Source: Candidatus Krumholzibacteriota bacterium
GTDB lineage: Bacteria; Krumholzibacteriota; Krumholzibacteriia; LZORAL124-64-63
Assembly: GCA_039714075.1 (NCBI GenBank)
Contig: JBDLKA010000025.1
Span: forward strand, 1-36,699
Length of the DNA stretch: 36,699 nucleotides
Direction: 5' to 3'
In this document: piece after piece, positions 35,480 through 36,699 of the stretch
How the letters are laid out: every line of letters begins with the position of its first letter
Numbering within the stretch: position 1 is the stretch's first letter
Program-made: the position numbers and the translations under genes
The notes under the pieces: generated by a model
What the model was told of the DNA's origin: nothing
Databases searched by the model: none
The model's input: only the letters and a program-made list of their open reading frames with translations

Positions 35480-36699
35480 CGGGAATCCGGGGCAGAGGAA
35501 AACCGCAGCTGGGCGGGTTCTCGCACCAGGCCGCGTCGCTGCTCGCCCGCGGTGAACCCATGGTGTGGCTCACGGGTCTGGGTCTGGTGATCGGCCTGCT
35601 GATGGTGGTCGCGCTGGTCGGGTTCGTGTTCTACCAGGGCCTCGTCACCTTCTGGCCGGCCCCCGTGGTCCGGATCGCCCTGCACGACGGGACCACGGTC
35701 ATGGGCGAGGTGACCCGGACCGAAACCTACGAGCCCGGTCTCGAAGTGATGGCGGGTCTCGACGGCGCCGCAAAAGCGGCCGCCCAGGCAGAGCTGGAAC
35801 AGCGGGACGGGCGTTTGCACCGGCGCCTGGTCCGCACCGGGAATTTTGAAATCACCGGCGAGCACTTCCGGTGGGTGGAGGATTACCTGATCACGCCCTC
35901 CGGGGTCCGGCACCCGGAGTGGGCGTTGATTTTCGAGCGAACCGCCTGGGGCCGGTTTTACGGCGTGCCCCGGGGATTCCTGGTCAACGGCGAGGTCGTG
36001 GCATCGGCAGCGGAGCCGAGTTGGGAACTGTTCAGGGAACATTTCCAGGAAGACCCGCCCCCGGGCCGGTACGCCATCCGGATGCTGACCGCGTCGGGGG
36101 ATACGAAGGATCTCGATCTGGCTGAAGTCGTGCGGGCCTACCCGGCGAACCGGTTGGGGCCGGGCCGCAAAACCGGGATCTACCTGGGCCGGTGGCGGGA
36201 ATTCCTGACCGCCGAACCCCGGGAAGCCAACAGCGAGGGCGGGGTTTTTCCCGCCATCTTCGGGACCGTGATCATGACCCTGGGCATGACGCTGCTGGTG
36301 GTGCCCTTCGGGGTGATGTCGGCCCTCTACCTGCGGGAGTACGCAGGCCAGGGATGGCTGACCAGCATCGTGCGGATTTCCATCAACAACCTTGCTGGGG
36401 TGCCCAGCATCGTTTTCGGGGTGTTCGGACTCGGTTTTTTCAGCTACATCGTCGGTGGGAGCATCGACGCGATTTTTTTCGCGGACAAGCTCCCCAATCC
36501 GACCTTCGGCACCGGTGGCATCATGTGGGCATCCCTGACCCTGGCGCTGCTGACGTTGCCGGTGGTGATCGTCGCCACCGAAGAGGCCCTGGCCGCCGTT
36601 CCGACCTCCATGCGGGAGGGCTCCTTCGCCTGCGGCGCCACCAAATGGCAGACCATCCAAAGGGTCGTGCTGCCGCGCGCCCTGCCCGGGGTCATGACC
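35476..36699 (+). CDS. pstA: Phosphate ABC permease PstA, long form, 3'-truncated (absent from the ORF track)
   Basis: GTG at 35476 overlaps the pstC TGA. Frame 1 reads GEPMVWLTG...FWP...EPREANSEGGVFPAIFGT...NLAGVPSIVFGVFG...TEEAL...ATKWQT, with no stop before the window edge. Confidence 0.93.
   Translation, partial: MTGIRGRGKPQLGGFSHQAASLLARGEPMVWLTGLGLVIGLLMVVALVGFVFYQGLVTFWPAPVVRIALHDGTTVMGEVTRTETYEPGLEVMAGLDGAAKAAAQAELEQRDGRLHRRLVRTGNFEITGEHFRWVEDYLITPSGVRHPEWALIFERTAWGRFYGVPRGFLVNGEVVASAAEPSWELFREHFQEDPPPGRYAIRMLTASGDTKDLDLAEVVRAYPANRLGPGRKTGIYLGRWREFLTAEPREANSEGGVFPAIFGTVIMTLGMTLLVVPFGVMSALYLREYAGQGWLTSIVRISINNLAGVPSIVFGVFGLGFFSYIVGGSIDAIFFADKLPNPTFGTGGIMWASLTLALLTLPVVIVATEEALAAVPTSMREGSFACGATKWQTIQRVVLPRALPGVMT

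Noticed and set aside
134..36660. Many long antisense or alternative-frame ORFs (e.g. 134-2056, 2119-4731, 9187-10569, 14167-15750, 18051-19898, 28645-30417, 33218-35452, 35368-36660)
   Set aside because: These are shadows of high-GC3 genes; they have no motifs or RBS and overlap clearly identifiable genes.
1..36699. CRISPR arrays, IS elements, prophage, defence systems, rRNA/tRNA
   Set aside because: No spaced direct repeats, terminal inverted repeats, transposase, integrase, phage or defence motifs, or structural RNA genes were seen; intergenic spaces are short.

Overview
High-GC bacterial chromosomal window with about 27 CDSs and no rRNA, tRNA, CRISPR or transposase. Three secreted proteins end in a PNPFNP...L[VLI]K FlgD/T9SS-like tail, which suggests an FCB-group lineage such as Latescibacterota/Krumholzibacteriota (inference). 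Left to right: (1) a probable secreted alpha-glucan module: partial GH57 4-alpha-glucanotransferase/amylase-like protein plus a non-catalytic multi-CBM20-like partner; (2) a DUF4136 lipoprotein and a small beta-barrel; (3) a His-rich membrane kinase, an NTF2-like protein and a sigma54 response regulator, divergent from a cusCBA-type Cu/Ag efflux operon that is coupled to xth, with a sigma54/IHF/enhancer-like promoter between them; (4) a membrane protein overlapping xth tail-to-tail; (5) an extracytosolic flavinylation operon: porin, FMN-binding protein, half-size PepSY-TM protein with three Asp-boxes, and ApbE; (6) a LysM-DUF4015 hydrolase, an aminotransferase, a GNAT and a 1022-aa compositionally atypical secreted protein; (7) phoB-phoR-phoU divergent from pstS-pstC-pstA(partial), with an 11-bp-phased Pho-box array. 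The best novelty candidates are the flavinylation operon, the secreted GH57/CBM pair with its shared sorting tail, and the sigma54-controlled cus-xth locus. All family calls come from motif recognition by eye; no database search was run.
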